NCBI GenBank assembly: GCA_013265495.1
Contig: MU057999.1
Location: 992,001-1,056,000 of the forward strand
DNA: 64,000 nt
From: Vicugna vicugna
Taxonomy: Eukaryota
Reading direction: 5' to 3'
Shown: piece after piece, positions 47,101-60,470 of the stretch
Numbering within the stretch: the stretch's first letter is position 1
Layout of the letters: each line of letters begins with the position of its first letter
Notes under the pieces: generated by a model
Databases searched by the model: none
Told to the model about the DNA's origin: nothing
The model's input: the letters and a program-made list of their open reading frames with translations, nothing else
Program-made: the position numbers and the translations under genes

Positions 47101-49134
47101 CTTTTGTTTTGGTTGTTATGAATAAGGTTTGAGTCATATCTGAATTGCACAGTCCAAAATAAGAATGGAAAAAAATGTAGGGAAATGGACATTTTAGAGC
47201 AATTGCTTCTAGAGAGCCACCCTAGGTTGGCTGGGTCTAGACACTGACACTCCCTTCTCCATCCCATCATGATGTGATCACAAATCTGTGTATCACCTGT
47301 ACAGACCATCTTGGTTCCCAGCTCCTCACAGGTGGACCCCAGCTGTGACTAAGGCCCTGGTCCCCTTCTTCCCCCCTCTTCCACCCATGTAACCCAGAAT
47401 CAGATCCTGATCCAATTCTGAACCAGAGGCCAAGCCCAGGTTTCATAGTAGGATCATATCTGGGATGTATCTCACCTGTGGCCAGTGTCCTCTTTGCAGT
47501 CACCTTCCAAGGTCACCCCTGCCAGTCAGTCCTGGAAACTACATGGACCCCCTGTATGCCACTGCTACTGATGACTGACCTTGTGCCTGCGTCAGCTTCA
47601 GAACCCACCCTCAACTCCATTACACTCGTTGGAGTCCCTGGCTCCAATCCGTTGGTCATTCCCTGAACCCCCAGCTGCCGTATTGGAAACTTGGTACCAG
47701 CCAACATTTTCCCAAACAATGACTGTGATCTTCCAGATTTCCTGGTTTGGTAACACGTGTGGATGCAGCAAGGCAGCCAGGATCAGAGACCCACAAACGT
47801 CACTGATGGCTTCACTTGGGTGTGACAAAGACCAGGGGCCCCATGTGTCTAACTCTCATCAGAGATTTAGAAGGAAGCGACTTTCAACTTCATGTAGGGA
47901 TAGATTCTATCTAAACAGCATCCTAGAGAGCAAACCCTCCTGAGTAATCAGTGATCTACCCCAACTGGAAGTGTACAAAGAAGGCTGGTGATGCCTGCCA
48001 AGAGGGCTCCTGATTCTGTGGGAAGTTGGGTGAAGTAGAAAGAGATGGGTCTCATGGTTAGTTTGGGTGTGTGCATGATCTCTGAATTATGTGTGGCATA
48101 GGATCAGGACACCAGCATTTTGAAGTGATTTGTTTTGAAACTCTGTGTTGTCCTTCTGAGAAATTTTCCACACAGTTGGCTCTAAAGTGCCCCATCGGAG
48201 CCAGACACCTGATATGGGGTTGGCTATGGGCTGGAAGGCTGGACGCCCCTGTGAGTAAATGGTCATGGTGGACTTTGCAGAGAAAGAGCAGTCTGCAGTC
48301 GGAAGTCAGTAGTGCAAGGGCTGGGATTCTTTCCAGCTTGTGCCAGAGACCACCTCCGCCCTGCTCAGTCAAGGTACTCTTGACTCTGAAGCCACATTAA
48401 GAAGGGTGGCTTGTCTCACGGGTTGGCAGGTAGAGGGCTAGAAGCCACTTGGACACAAAGGTTGCTCTGTCCTCATTCCCCATTGTGTGGGGAGAAGGTT
48501 GGGGCAAAAGGTAGTAATGGAGTGCTGCCCCGCCCCCAGCTCAGCCCCCTGTGGCTATGGGCTTAGACTTGTAGGAGACGCTCAAGGTGGCCTTTTGAAC
48601 AGCTCCTCTGGGATACTTCTAGGCTCTGCTCACCTTGGAAAGGGTAATACAGGATGCTCAGCAGCGCAGAGTGGAGTGAAGCCAGCATGGCAGCTGTGTA
48701 CTGAGATGCGGCTCGGTGCAGGCTGGCTCTGCTGGACCAGACGTGCACAGAAGGTGAGTGGTTGGGGAACAGGGGCAGGTGGGCGATGGGAAGCCACGGT
48801 CACCACAAAACCCTGCCAGTGCTCAGTGAGCAGAGCTCGAGAACCATTTGGTTCCCCCCAAAACGATGCTGTCTGTTGGCCAGCATAGGGGAACTTGTAT
48901 GTGGGGCAAGAATTCACTCTCCCAGTATGTGAAGGGCAGGCTTTGTGCCGGTGCCTGTGAAAGGGCTGCAGGCAGCTCTGATGAGGTTAGCCATGCCCAT
49001 GCCTGCACCCCCGGCATGGGGAAGGCTGTGCACAACCACAGCCTAGGGCAGAGCCCAGGCCTGTGTGCCTGATCCTGTCCCCCCACCGACTACGACCAGC
49101 TTTAAGTGTGTTCACAGTCAGCCTAGCATAATAG

Positions 49135-49350
49135 CTGGCACTGATTATGGTCTTACTGCAGTTAGGCTGTGTTAAGAGCCCTGACATGGATTTTTCTCAA
49201 TCTCACAGAATGTAACATAGCTGCTACTATTATTCCCAATTTGTAGATGAAAAAACTGAGGCCCGGAAGGGCCAAGTGACCTGCCCTAGCTCACACGTTA
49301 GTGAGCGGCAGGGTCCAATTTTCACTCTGGCCTGACTGGGTTCAGGGCTC
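49135..49350 (-). mobile_element. MIR
   Basis: tattattcccaatttgtagatgaaaaaactgaggcccggaagggccaagtgacctgccctagctcacac. Confidence 0.8.
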
Positions 49351-49654
49351 CTTACCCTCGTGGCTGGGCTGCGTCCCTCGGGAAGGAGGACTACTGCCTC
49401 CGAGCTGGCCTGATGCCAACCTGATGATCCCGCCCAAGGAAGACCGTGAAGGATCGCATTTCATTGGTTAAGGCTCATCATGTGATCTCTGTGCAAGTGG
49501 CTGGAAAATGTGTCTTCAATGAGACTAGGGAAGAGAGGAGAATTGTGGGTGGGGAGGTGGGAGGTATAGGGGTGTGGTGGGTGGAGGCACAGTGACCTCT
49601 GCTGTGTTAGCCAGACCCTGAGGTTCAGCCCACTGTTCAGGCCAACAGTGTTTC

Positions 49655-50935
49655 ACTAATGTAAACAATACTGCCATAAAATGCTCAGACATACCTTGGG
49701 GGCACATAAGCTTGTATTTGTGGAGGAAACTCCCCTAGAAACAGAATCGTTGGATTGCTGGCTACAGGCACTCAGAAAGCCAATCGATACTGCCAAAATG
49801 CCTCCCCTGAGGACTCGGCCAGGCTGCACCCCTACCAGTGGTGCACACCTTGCTTCTCCGCGTGCTGGCTCAACTGGATGTTATCCAGACTTCTAGCTTT
49901 CACCATTTTGACTGATCGATCTCCAGTAATTTTGACTGATACTTCCCTCATTATAAATTAGTGTGTATTTTTCATTTATTTATGGACCAATTTATTTTGT
50001 CGTCTGGGAACTGTTTATAACCTTTGCCCTTTTTCTATTTTTAAAAATTGGTTTCTAGATGCCATAATTATTTGTGACATCTTGCCCCCCTGCCCTCCAC
50101 TTATTTTTAACTCTTATGGGCACATGTAGGTTTTGGGGGGGTCTGTTATCAAGGTTAATTTTTTAGCTCAAACCTGATCATCTTTTTCTTTCTGGTTCTG
50201 AGGGAGTATATATTGACTTTTGTCTGGGTTTTATATATATCCTTTCCACTCTAAGGTATAAAAACCCTCTCCTCTATCATTTTGTTTTAATTCTTTACAT
50301 AGAATTTATTTTTAGCTCTTTCCTCCATCTGAAATTCATTTTTACATAGGATATGATATTGATATTCTTATTTCTCTTATTAAAAACAAGACCCTCTCAA
50401 CCCTACCTGTGCTGTCCACATGTTAGTGAGCTGCCTCTTTTATTGCAGACTAAATACCTGCACATACTGATTTGTTTTCTTTCTCATTGATTGTTTTGGT
50501 TTTTCTGGCATGAAATCTGAGCGGTTCTAAAGATAGTAGCTTTATAATGTGTTTCAGTAACTGGTAAACCAAGTCTGTACGTATTAGTCATTGTCCAAAT
50601 ATCTTGCCCATTCGTAACCATTTTTATCTTCAAGATGAACTTGTAATCAGCTTGGCATAGCTCACTGAATAATCCTATTCAGTTGGGACTGGGATAGCGT
50701 TGAGTGTATGGATAACTTTGGAGAAGACCATCACCCTTATGATGTACACCTTTTCCTCTAGGAGCATGTGCTCAAGTCTTTGTTTGTGCCCTTAAGTGAT
50801 GTTTTATACTTGTCTTCACATAAGCATTACCCAGGGCTTGCGGGATTTAATTCTACCTCTTTCATGGGTTTTGTGGCTATTGTGAATAGGTACTGTTTTT
50901 TTAAATTATATTTTCAATAGGTCATGATTATTGTT
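49655..50935 (-). mobile_element. Ancient L1ME-like fragment
   Basis: T-rich antisense L1 text: aaacaatactgccataaaatgctc, tccatctgaaattcatttttacatagg, tagctttataatgtgtttcagtaactggtaa, ttttgtggctattgtgaatagg. Confidence 0.75.
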
Positions 50936-51123
50936 AAGAGATGACTTTCTAGGGGTAGGAGTCCTCCTGGGGAATCAATCAAAGCCTGGCCAACCAGAGA
51001 GGGACTGTGAAGGGCATTCACCACCAGGGATACCCTGTGATCTCCAAGTCTTCCTCCCAAGCCAAGAATGAGTGTGTCTATCAAGTGTCAGAATCAGGAC
51101 TTAATTTTATCTCTTTAAAAAAA

Positions 51124-51168
51124 TTTTTTAATTGAAGTGTAGTCAGTTTACAATGTGTCCATTCCTGG
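51124..51168 (-). mobile_element. Very short camelid-type L1 3' tip
   Basis: ttttttaattgaagtgtagtcagtttacaatgtgtccattcctgg is nearly identical to the start of the copy at 7586-7742. Confidence 0.7.
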
Positions 51169-53789
51169 TTGGTTTTGGGTGACGTGCACCTTTCTGGGAA
51201 GTATACCTGCCTTTTTCAACTTCTTTTTTTGTTCCTTTGACCTTAAATTGTTGTCTTTGGAACCTGGGCCTTTTCTGTACACCTGGACAGAGGCAGCACA
51301 AGTCTCTTTTAGAATATAAGTCAGTGCTTGAGGGGTTCTTCTGTGCATTTCCAGGGAAAATCAAATGAATAATCCATGACTCTGGAACCCATAGTGTCTT
51401 CCCAGCTATTCTTTTGATGCCATTCTGTTATACAGACTCTAAAAAAGATGGAGAATTATGACAACTGGAAAAATTCTGTCCCACGGCGAAGGGGCTTTTG
51501 GTCTTTTCTGACGAATTGTGGAGATGCAGGCCTCCTTCATGGGCACCACCTTCTCTCCGGGGATGGTGGAGAGAGAAGACTGCTCACTGTGCAGTGCCCT
51601 TGACGCCCCTTGCCAGCTACCACTGCTGCTTCCTCACTCCCACATGCAGTTGTCTGGTCCAGTCTGGTCCAGATGATTATCTTCTTTTAAAAGCTACCCT
51701 GAAGGTCCACGCCCATCCCTCGTCAGTACCTTGTGTCTGAGAGTTCACGCTTGGCCGTGCTCTGTGTGCTGAGAGCACTTCGGGGGAGCTGAGAGGCTTT
51801 ACCTGCAAGGCTCCATCATGTGTGTGCCCCTCATCCTTGACCAGTCAGTGACTTCCAACCCCATATCAAGACACACAGCATCAGTTTCCTTGTTGTAAAT
51901 TTGTCTGCAGCTCTCAGTCTTCACGCTTGCCCCAGCACCGGGGGAAATCACCAAGCTCTGGACTGTCAGGACATGCTAAATCAGATGAGTGGTGTGGGGT
52001 GGCTCAGGGTCTGGATGTGCATCAATTAGGAACGACGTTCCAGACCAAGTTGCTCTGTGGGAGGCTCTGCCCGGGTAAGGTCTATCCCTTTGTGCCAAAG
52101 AATGAAGTGTGTCCCAATGTCCTCTGACTTCAGGAAGATTCTAACTGGCTTAGACTGTTGCCTCTGGTAACAGAAAGCATCTTGGAACCTGCCTTGCCAG
52201 GATGTGGCCTAGTGTGTGACTCTTTCAGCAGGAAGGCCTATGGGACTTCTATCTCTGGGGACCACCTGAGCCAGAGATGCCATGCCAGGGCCTGGGAACG
52301 TAAAGTCTGCTCCCGACTGGGGTGGGAGCCCTGTATACAGGCCTGAGAGGTCCCATAGAAAAGGTCTGCCTGGGGCCCCAGAAGCCCCGGGCAGGAAGAT
52401 GTCTTCCTGCTTCAGAGGGCCTTTGGGTTGACAGTTCTGGACGCAGTGTCTTTTGCTCGCTGTACAGGTGTGCACGTGGTCACTCTCTGTGCTCCAGGGT
52501 GGAGTGGATGGCCAGGGATTCCTGAGTGACTCTACCAGACAGTCTTCCATGCGTGTAGAGTGCACTAAGATACACTGATGCTTCAACATACACTCTGCCA
52601 TTTGATCCCCTCACCAGTGGGAAGAGGGCAGTGGCCCTCCATGTCCCCACAGCACAGTGCCTGGCGCTCTGCAGGCCCGGGGGTGTTGGGATGCATTTAC
52701 AGCAGCCTTGTCACTCAGTGGTCTGTGTAGTTGCTGGGCTGGTGCCCAACTCCCCTGCAGACTTTGAGCTCCTCAAGGTAGACAACAGAGAGCTTTTCAT
52801 ACTGTAATCTTTCATATGGGGCGTAGCACATAGTGGGGCCGCAGTCACACAGGGAGACGGATCAGTCAAGAATCCATGAAAGGTTAAGCTCAGAGAGTAT
52901 GTATGACCTGCCAAAGCTCACCAAGCTGGCACTTAGCCCGATTTTCTCTTAGTGAATGAATCCAGGACACCGCTCACCACTCCAGAAAGCCCTGAGGCCT
53001 CACTTCAGGGCCAGGAAAGAGGTCTTGAAGGCTACATCTTTAAGGTGACATGACCTATAGCCCTCTTTGACTTGAAGTGTCCCTAAGAATCTGCGGTGGG
53101 AGTCATGTCAAAGCTTCCCTCTCTCTGGCCTTGCCGTGGGCCACAGATAGAAGACTCCACATTCTCCCCCTCCCCTACACGGGCAGTGGCACAAGGTGGC
53201 TGTTAACACATTCCTACCAAGATACACTGCTCTGGGGTACAGGGGCCTCAGCTGTCCTCCAAGGGCTTCTGCAGCCCCGTGGAAACCTAGACACCCAGGC
53301 TTCAGCTTAGGCCAGGTAGAGGGGCTGCCTCTTTTCCCAGAAGGTGAAATCCACTCCCTGTCTCCCTGACAATTAGCTCCACTGAAGCAGGAGAAACAAG
53401 AAATACTTTCTACAAACACCGGTGTTTGGTGAAATGTGTAGCGCTCGTTCTTTGATGCTCCCGAAATCCCTCTCAGCAGGGTCCCTCCTTGTTTTGACTA
53501 GTCATTTCTTCTTATTACTAACTGTTATGATTAGGAGAATTGCCTGAGTACAGGCCCAGTATTTCTAAGACCCTAATGAGCCACAGATGCAGACGTGCTC
53601 AGCACGGCCTGGAACCATGGTCGCTCTATTCCTACAGGGAAGCTACTGAAAAGACTCAGGAATAAGAGCTTCCCGTCTCCACGAGAGACCCACCTCCTAC
53701 CCCCCAGCACCCAGCTGCATTTGCAACACACCTGCACCTTGCACCTTTAGGCGCCTCCATCCTGGGTGAAAGTGTTTTTAAGGATGCAC

Positions 53790-54000
53790 TTTGGAACCAT
53801 CGAGGCCTGTACTCAAGCCTTGATTCTGACACTCATCTGCCACATGGTTTAGGCAAGTTATTTAATGTCCCTGAGCTACAGTTCCCTTATTGCAAAATAG
53901 GGATTATAGTTCCTAACTCATACAATATTGGAAACATGAGATTTCAACTAGTAATGTGCCAAAATGCCTAAGATAGTACTTTGCATATAAGGTTTGTTAT
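53790..54000 (+). mobile_element. MIR
   Basis: ttaggcaagttatttaatgtccctgagctacagttcccttattgcaaaatagggattatagttcctaactcata. Confidence 0.75.
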
Positions 54001-56469
54001 TAAAATGAAATTCAGAATTCCATACAGAATTCTATTGAAATGTAGACCACAGCCATCTCTCTGATCTTGCAGATGATCCTTGTAGACATCTACTCCAGGC
54101 AAAGTACCGAAAGTAATCGCTCCCTCTGTGGCGTGAAGCATTCAAGTTCCAACAAATCAGAGCCTTGTCCTTCGATGTCAATGCAGATGGTACAGATGTC
54201 CATCTGCAGGAAGGTTAGGTCCCTGGGGTTCATTTTAAACTGGTTCAGAAGGTGACATAAAGGCAACATGAAGGTGACTATGGAAATGTTAGAGTCCCAG
54301 GGCAGTTAGGAAGAGTAAATCAGTCTGATTTCCTCAGGTGTCAACATCCTCTCCTCCATGCTCCAGAGGGGCAGCCTGCATTTTGAAGGGAGTAAACAGG
54401 ATGCCTGGGCATGCAGTGGGACAGACATGACACAGTTTTCCAGTCCTATGCCTCAGGCCCCCAGTGCAACCCCCTCTTTGGAAGAGACACCTCAGAACTT
54501 CAGACACTACCGTATTCACATGGAGTAAAACAGTGTTCCGGTTGTATGGTGCTCATCACTCACCAATGATAGACCTGTTTATCCCAAAGACCTCAAGCCT
54601 CTCTAAGCTCCCCTATTGAGCAGAGGGTGCCTCAGCGGTCTGTCCATTCGATGCCATTGCTTTCCACCAGGTCCCTGATAACTCACTCTTGGTTTCCTGA
54701 CATGACCTCAGTCACTTCTCCCTGCTCCCAATAAGACTGTACAACTTGTGTTGTCACCAACCCCTGTTACTGTGTTGTTACTGGTGCCTGACATAATCTT
54801 TAGGAGCTGTCCACTGCCATCCAGGGAACCCCAGACGAAGGGGTGGGAGCTTCCAGGCTTGTGCCCCTCTCCAAGGTGCTGAATCAGCATGGAACACTGG
54901 GTCAAACCCTTTCCTCTAGCGCGGTGGTTATTCTCCAGTCTCTCCCAGGAAATTTATACCTAGTGAAGGAATGATGGAAGAGGAATTAGTGTCTCAGGAG
55001 GAAAAGAGAAATTTTGTAGAGAGAGAGAACTGAACCTAGGCTGAGTGTCAAAGCTACACATGGCTGCCAGAGAGAATAAAGAGAGATCTTTGTTTGTTTG
55101 TTTTGACGCTGTTTTCAAATAGCCAGTTACCAAAGAAGGAACCACAACTGAACGTGAAGCTGACTTTGTGTTTATTTGGTAAACCTATTTCCTTTCTAAC
55201 AGTTGCAAACTTTCCCTCTTTCGGCTACCGTTACCCTCCAGCCCATCCTGTTTTCAGCTTTGTGTGCTGTGTTGAGAGCAAAGGCGTAACCAATCAGCCT
55301 GACTTGGTTTCCTGCATATTTTGCCTCCATAGAAAACCTCTTCAGACCTCCATAGCCCCCAGTCCCGTGTCTGCCTCTTCTCCTTGATTCCTGCCTCTCC
55401 ATAAAACCTCAAAGACTGTTTCCCTTCTCTTAGAAGCCTTCTGGTCACTCAGACACGGTTCCTTTAAGTAGCTGTGTCACAGTGAGCAGTGGATAAAGAG
55501 GTGTCCTGATAATAGTATCACTTTTGATAACCAGTCCTGGACCACTCCTCCCACGTCTTCCTGCCCCTCACAGCACTCTTCTCTCGCCATCCCTATCCCA
55601 GGGGTCATTTTCTAATCTCCATCTCCGCTTAACCCTGAGCCCACTAAAATATGCAATCAGTTTTTCAAACTACATTATTGACTCTTCTCAGCCATGAGAG
55701 CATTACCTCTGCGTTCTTTTGACTCTCAGTATTCACCAGTCTTGAGGAACACATGTCCTTCCTGATTCATGCCCAGACTTTATCACAGCCCTCTTTCCTA
55801 AAAGAAGATTGAGTAGAGAACTCAGTTTGCTGTAGGAATAAAGGAGGGGCTTTCCTGCCCACAGGAGAAGGGAGAACAAGCAAGACTAGATACCGTTGTC
55901 AAAACCAGATCACCTCTTGGGAGGCCAAGAAGCATCTATATAGGTGCACACCAAGGTTTTGAGCTCAAGAGGTAAAAAGAACTGGACCTGTTCTGGAGAT
56001 GCAGCCCCATGCCCAAGACCAAGACTCTACCTAGGGTGTACTTGCAAGGGTTAGGTGGCCTAGAGGGTATAGACGGGAGCAGATAGCTTTCAAGGTGCTT
56101 TTCCCCAGGTACATCTCCAGTCTTGTGGGCAGGATACCCAGACACTGTCTCTGAAGAGTTTGCTCTGCATTGGTCTTACCTTTTCTGAGACATTTGTAAC
56201 TCTTTGTGTTTCTGTCACTTGCTTTGATCCTTAACTGTATGTGCCCACAATTCCCAGTACTCCATAGGTAAGGGGTCTGGCCTCAGTAATAAACATCTGG
56301 TTCCCCCAACTCTACAGGTGGTAACCTCTATATCTTTATGACTCTCACCGTGCTCAGCACAGTTCTGAGCATGGGGGTTCTCTGCTCAAGGAATGAGTGG
56401 CTGAATTAGATCAGTCATAATTCGATGAGCAGGTTAGGGTTTCAGATCATCCAATAATGAAAATACTGA

Positions 56470-56600
56470 CACTAATAGCAGCTGACATTTACTGAGTTTC
56501 CGTGTACCAGCCACGATCTAAACTCTTTGGGCTTATTATCTCATTAAATCCTCAAAACTACCACTTTTCCAGATGGGAAAATTGAGGCATAGAAGTTCTT
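56470..56600 (-). mobile_element. MIR fragment
   Basis: agctgacatttactgagtttccgtgtaccag...tctcattaaatcctcaaaac...cagatgggaaaattgaggcatag. Confidence 0.8.
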
Positions 56601-58493
56601 CTTCTTAAGATTTGCCAACAAGAGAATTTTTTTTTTAACTTGGTTGCTTTGAACACTTAGGAAGTTCATTGGTTGATATCAGAGACCCCTCAGAGTCTTT
56701 GACAACATGTATATGTTGAAGCATGTGTTCACTCTCTTGAAGAAAAGTTTGTTGCTTTCTTCAGATTCTCTAAGGGGTCAGGACCCTGTCTCTGGCCTGA
56801 TGCAGCCTAGTCCCAGCCTGCATGATGGTCTCCTAGGAGATCATTGCCTCACCATGGTTGTCACTCTCAACATGCTCCCCGTGGGGAGGGGTCCAAGGAC
56901 ACAGATCCTGGCTGCTGCAATGCAGTTAGCTGGACATGCCTGCTCTGTCCCTTGGACCAGCCAGAAATTCACATCTAAATCCTGAATCCAGGATGTTGGT
57001 CTTATTAAGATTCCTGATAAAAGAATTGGCTTTCAGGGCTCAACTGTCTTTAGCAGATTTTCCCTTTGATTACTCAAGAGTGTCTACAAATACACTCATC
57101 TACTCTCTCCCACCCACTCTGTCTCTCTACTCTTTAAAAAAAAATCATCTGGCCCAAAGCACATTAAGAAACAGGAGATTCTGTCTCAATATGGCAACAC
57201 TTGGGTTAGCCCTTGGCTCTAAAATGATCCCTTCTGCTTAACTCTTTGAAGTCCCAGTGCCATCCATGTATGCAGGCTGAACCAACCTCTCCGGCACATC
57301 CTGGAAGACACTGGAGACCCATCCCCGTAACATAGAATCCACCATGTTCCTCTCACCCAAACAGAGAATCACAGCTCAGCAGTTTTCCCATCCTTTAAAA
57401 GATCTCAGTTTTCCAAGCCCTTTTAACAGGAAGCTTTCATCAGTAGTAACCGTGGCAACAGATCAGAGAAACTTCAAAAAGCCTGTCTGTATGTAATTAA
57501 GAAAAACGAGGACGCGGACGCAAGAGCAGGGAGCTTTGACAAGGAGACCTGGCTCGGAGCCCTGGCAGTGCACTTCCCAGGGGCTTCTGAGAACGAAGAA
57601 AGCAGATTTTTTTTCCCCTCTGGTCTCCCTCTCTAGACCCCCATTAAATTTTTTGTTTGCTTGTCTCAATTGGCCTCCTTCCTGAGGATGTTGCTGGGGA
57701 CCCTGGTGGTGGACAAAAATCTTCTCTGTTGGGTGTGGGTCCCCACCCCAGGGAGCGCAGCCTAGATCTGTAGGAAGTGGCCCGAGCATTTCCTCCAGGG
57801 AGATTTATTTGGAGGCTAACATGGCTCTGGTCAGACTCTTCGCTCAGGCACAGGAGAGTCTGAGCTGCCTGCTTGCAGGAATGCACCCTTGTCATCAGGA
57901 CAATGGGGCACAGACTTCAGACTATCATTGTCTTAGCTGCCAGACTTGGACTTGATCACCTGGTATGGAAGTGGCCTCTTGGGAAAAGGGGCAGGAGCTG
58001 AGCATTGCGGGGAGGCAGTCTGAGCCTGGGGGCTGCTTTATTTCCTGACACTTGTTTTTATCTGAAACTGTCTCCTTTATCTCTGTGATTCCTTCCTTCC
58101 TGTCAGTTTTCTCTTGCCATCTAAGTTCCATGGGAGCAAGAGCTCGTCTGTTTTGCTCTTTCCCATCTCCCGAGTGCCCAGAACAGTGCAGGCAGTGTTT
58201 GTTCAAGGACTGAGCAAGTGAACAAGTGAATAATGAATGTGCTGTGAGCTCAGGCACTGTGCTGGCCTCTGAGACAACAGGACACATGTTCAAGTTCTCC
58301 TCGCTGACAAAGTCCGCTCTCCAAGGAAGGCCCTTAACGTCTGCTCCTGCTCCTTGGAAGGAAAGGGTTCAGATTTACACAGCCCTGGACTTACAACCAT
58401 GGCCCCCATAGTCCCCCGTTCATGCCCCACGGATGCAGTTGCTCTGAGTGCAGCCCTGTGTGAGAGGTGGTGGCTTCATATGAAGGCTGCTTC

Positions 58494-59070
58494 TGAGACA
58501 GGAGGGACGGGCACAACCATGGAAGGAATGACACAGCGGTTGAGGACAGGAGACACTGGTTAGAACCAAGATGATGGAAGACTCGACTTCCAGTAGACCT
58601 TGAGCCTCATGGCACAGCCACAGGTGCTGTGACAGTTCCCAGGCTGACCATAAAGATCCAAAACTGGGTGAAGCCCAATTCTGGAAATCCCCGCCCCTTC
58701 CCCAACGTAGTTGGAATAATCCTCCCACTCGTTAGCATATGAAATTACTGAGCCCATAAAAACGAACAGCTCCACACCTCGTAGTCACTCTCTTTTGCCT
58801 TCTGAGACAGCCCGCACTCTGTCTATGGAGTGTGGATCTGCTTTTACTTTAAACTAAACACCCCCCCGCCTCTCGGTCTCTCTCCCTCTCGCCTTTCTGA
58901 GATGGCTCACATTCTGCCTATGGAGTGTGTGTCTCCTAAGCCGTTTTCCCTCCTGAGACAGACCCCACTCTGTGGAGTGTGTATCTCTCTAAATAAACTT
59001 GCTTTCACTTTACTATGCCTGGCTCTTGAATTCTTTCCTGAGCGAGGCAAGAACCTATTCTCTGGCAATG
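58494..59070 (+). mobile_element. ERV1-class solo LTR, MER41-like, sense to EPHB1
   Basis: Begins TG(AGACAGG). Internal ccccgccccttccc...gaataatcctcccactcgttagcatat, CATAAAAA at 58755, and AATAAA at 58992 followed by cttgctttcactttact...gaattctttcctgagcgaggcaagaacc, all resembling MER41-family LTRs as recalled. Possible 4-bp flanks cttc / tttc. The 5' boundary is uncertain. Confidence 0.75.
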
Positions 59071-59559
59071 TTTCTAAATAAACATGACAAATCCTTCCTG
59101 GAAACCCACTGCTTTTCTTCTTAAGTGGGAAACAAATGAATAGACGTGGAGAAAATATTGACCAGGATGGGTCTCCCCAGTGGCCATGGACACCGACGCA
59201 TCAGGGACAGGGCAGGCCTCTCCCAACTAGCTCCTCACCTGCCACCTTTATCTCAGCGAAGCCTCTCCTGCTCAGTCACAAGCAGGGTCCTCACCGCTCC
59301 TGCTGCTGCATCCTCCCTCGGCCCCACCGCAGGGCATCCTGTCTCGTGCTGGAGAGGGGTGCCCACATGTGACCTAAAGCTGTGCACGCTGAGCAGAGGT
59401 TGAAAACCGGTGGAATGGCAAAGTGCCAGGCATGGGAATCACAGAGACCACCCAGCCACCAGCCCCTGCTCACCAGGAGGCCACAGCGTGGTCAGGATGC
59501 AGAGGAAGAGTGCATCACAGTGCAATGGTGGAGTCTGAGTTAGGCGTCTCGAAATGGGC

Positions 59560-60470
59560 TTATGGAAGCACAGGGGGTGAATGCATGACTGTGGGACCAG
59601 GGGAGCCTCCTAGCGGAGTGGGTGCTAGATCTTGAAGGGTAAACAGGAACTTGGCAAATAGGTAGAAGGAAAAGAATTCCAGGCAGAGGAGAGCACGCAG
59701 GGCAGAGCCTCAGGGACTTGAAGAAAGATTAGCGTGCACAGGAAGCCGCAGGAATCTCGCTATCGGTCCCAACATGAGGGGCGAGGGCCAAGTGGCTGGA
59801 GAGGGGATCAGGAGCAGCAAGACCACACAGGGACTTGAAGAACATGGAAACGAGGGGAAACTTTTGAATAACAGGTCTGAGCAGAAAGCGCTACGGTCTC
59901 ATGTCCATTTTGGAAATCACTCCCTCGCAGAAGGGAGTGGATGGGAGAGATGCCAAGTGATGTCAGAGAACTGGTTAGGAACCTTTGCAATAGGGCAGGA
60001 AGAGTGACGAGGCTCATCACTGGCAGGCGACGGGGAAAGGAAGGGAAAGACTGAAGAAAGGAGATGGAGCTGACAGACTGTGTGTCGGGCTCTCCCGTTC
60101 CGCCTGGCAACGACGCAGGGTACGGGAAGGTAAGGACTGAATTGTGTTCCCTGGATTTGTTAAGTAGAAGCCTCCCCTCCCCCCAAAAAAAGGCAGACAT
60201 GGCGGAGGAGTGAGAGTAACCAAGCTGCAGCTGGCTGAGCAGGGAGCGAGGACAGCCCATAAGTGCGACTCCACTTTGGGAAAGCTTGGCCAGAAAGTGA
60301 AGAGAGGACATGCCACACAGAGAAGCACCAGGGAACCATGTGTTGGTTTTAAAATGGCAACGATTTAATGCAGGTTTAAGGAGACAAGGTCGAGTCAGGC
60401 GAGAGGCTGAGGTTGAAGTGCAAGGGAGAGAGGAGGTAACTGAAGGTAAGTGAGGTCTCCACAAAGAGTG
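59560..60470 (-). mobile_element. Probable decayed L2 (purine-rich on + strand)
   Basis: aaaagaattccaggcagaggagagcacgcagggcagagcctcagg...catgtccattttggaaatcactccctcgcag resembles antisense L2. Confidence 0.5.

Noticed and set aside
54330..55500. Repeat-poor stretch examined as a possible processed pseudogene or ERV internal fragment (also 47300-47720)
   Set aside because: No recognisable protein similarity in the listed frames and no poly(A) tail or target-site duplication; a translated homology search would be needed.
58797..58987. Repeat-spacer-repeat pattern superficially like a CRISPR array
   Set aside because: Mammalian intron, diverged repeats, unequal spacers, located inside an LTR, and no cas genes.
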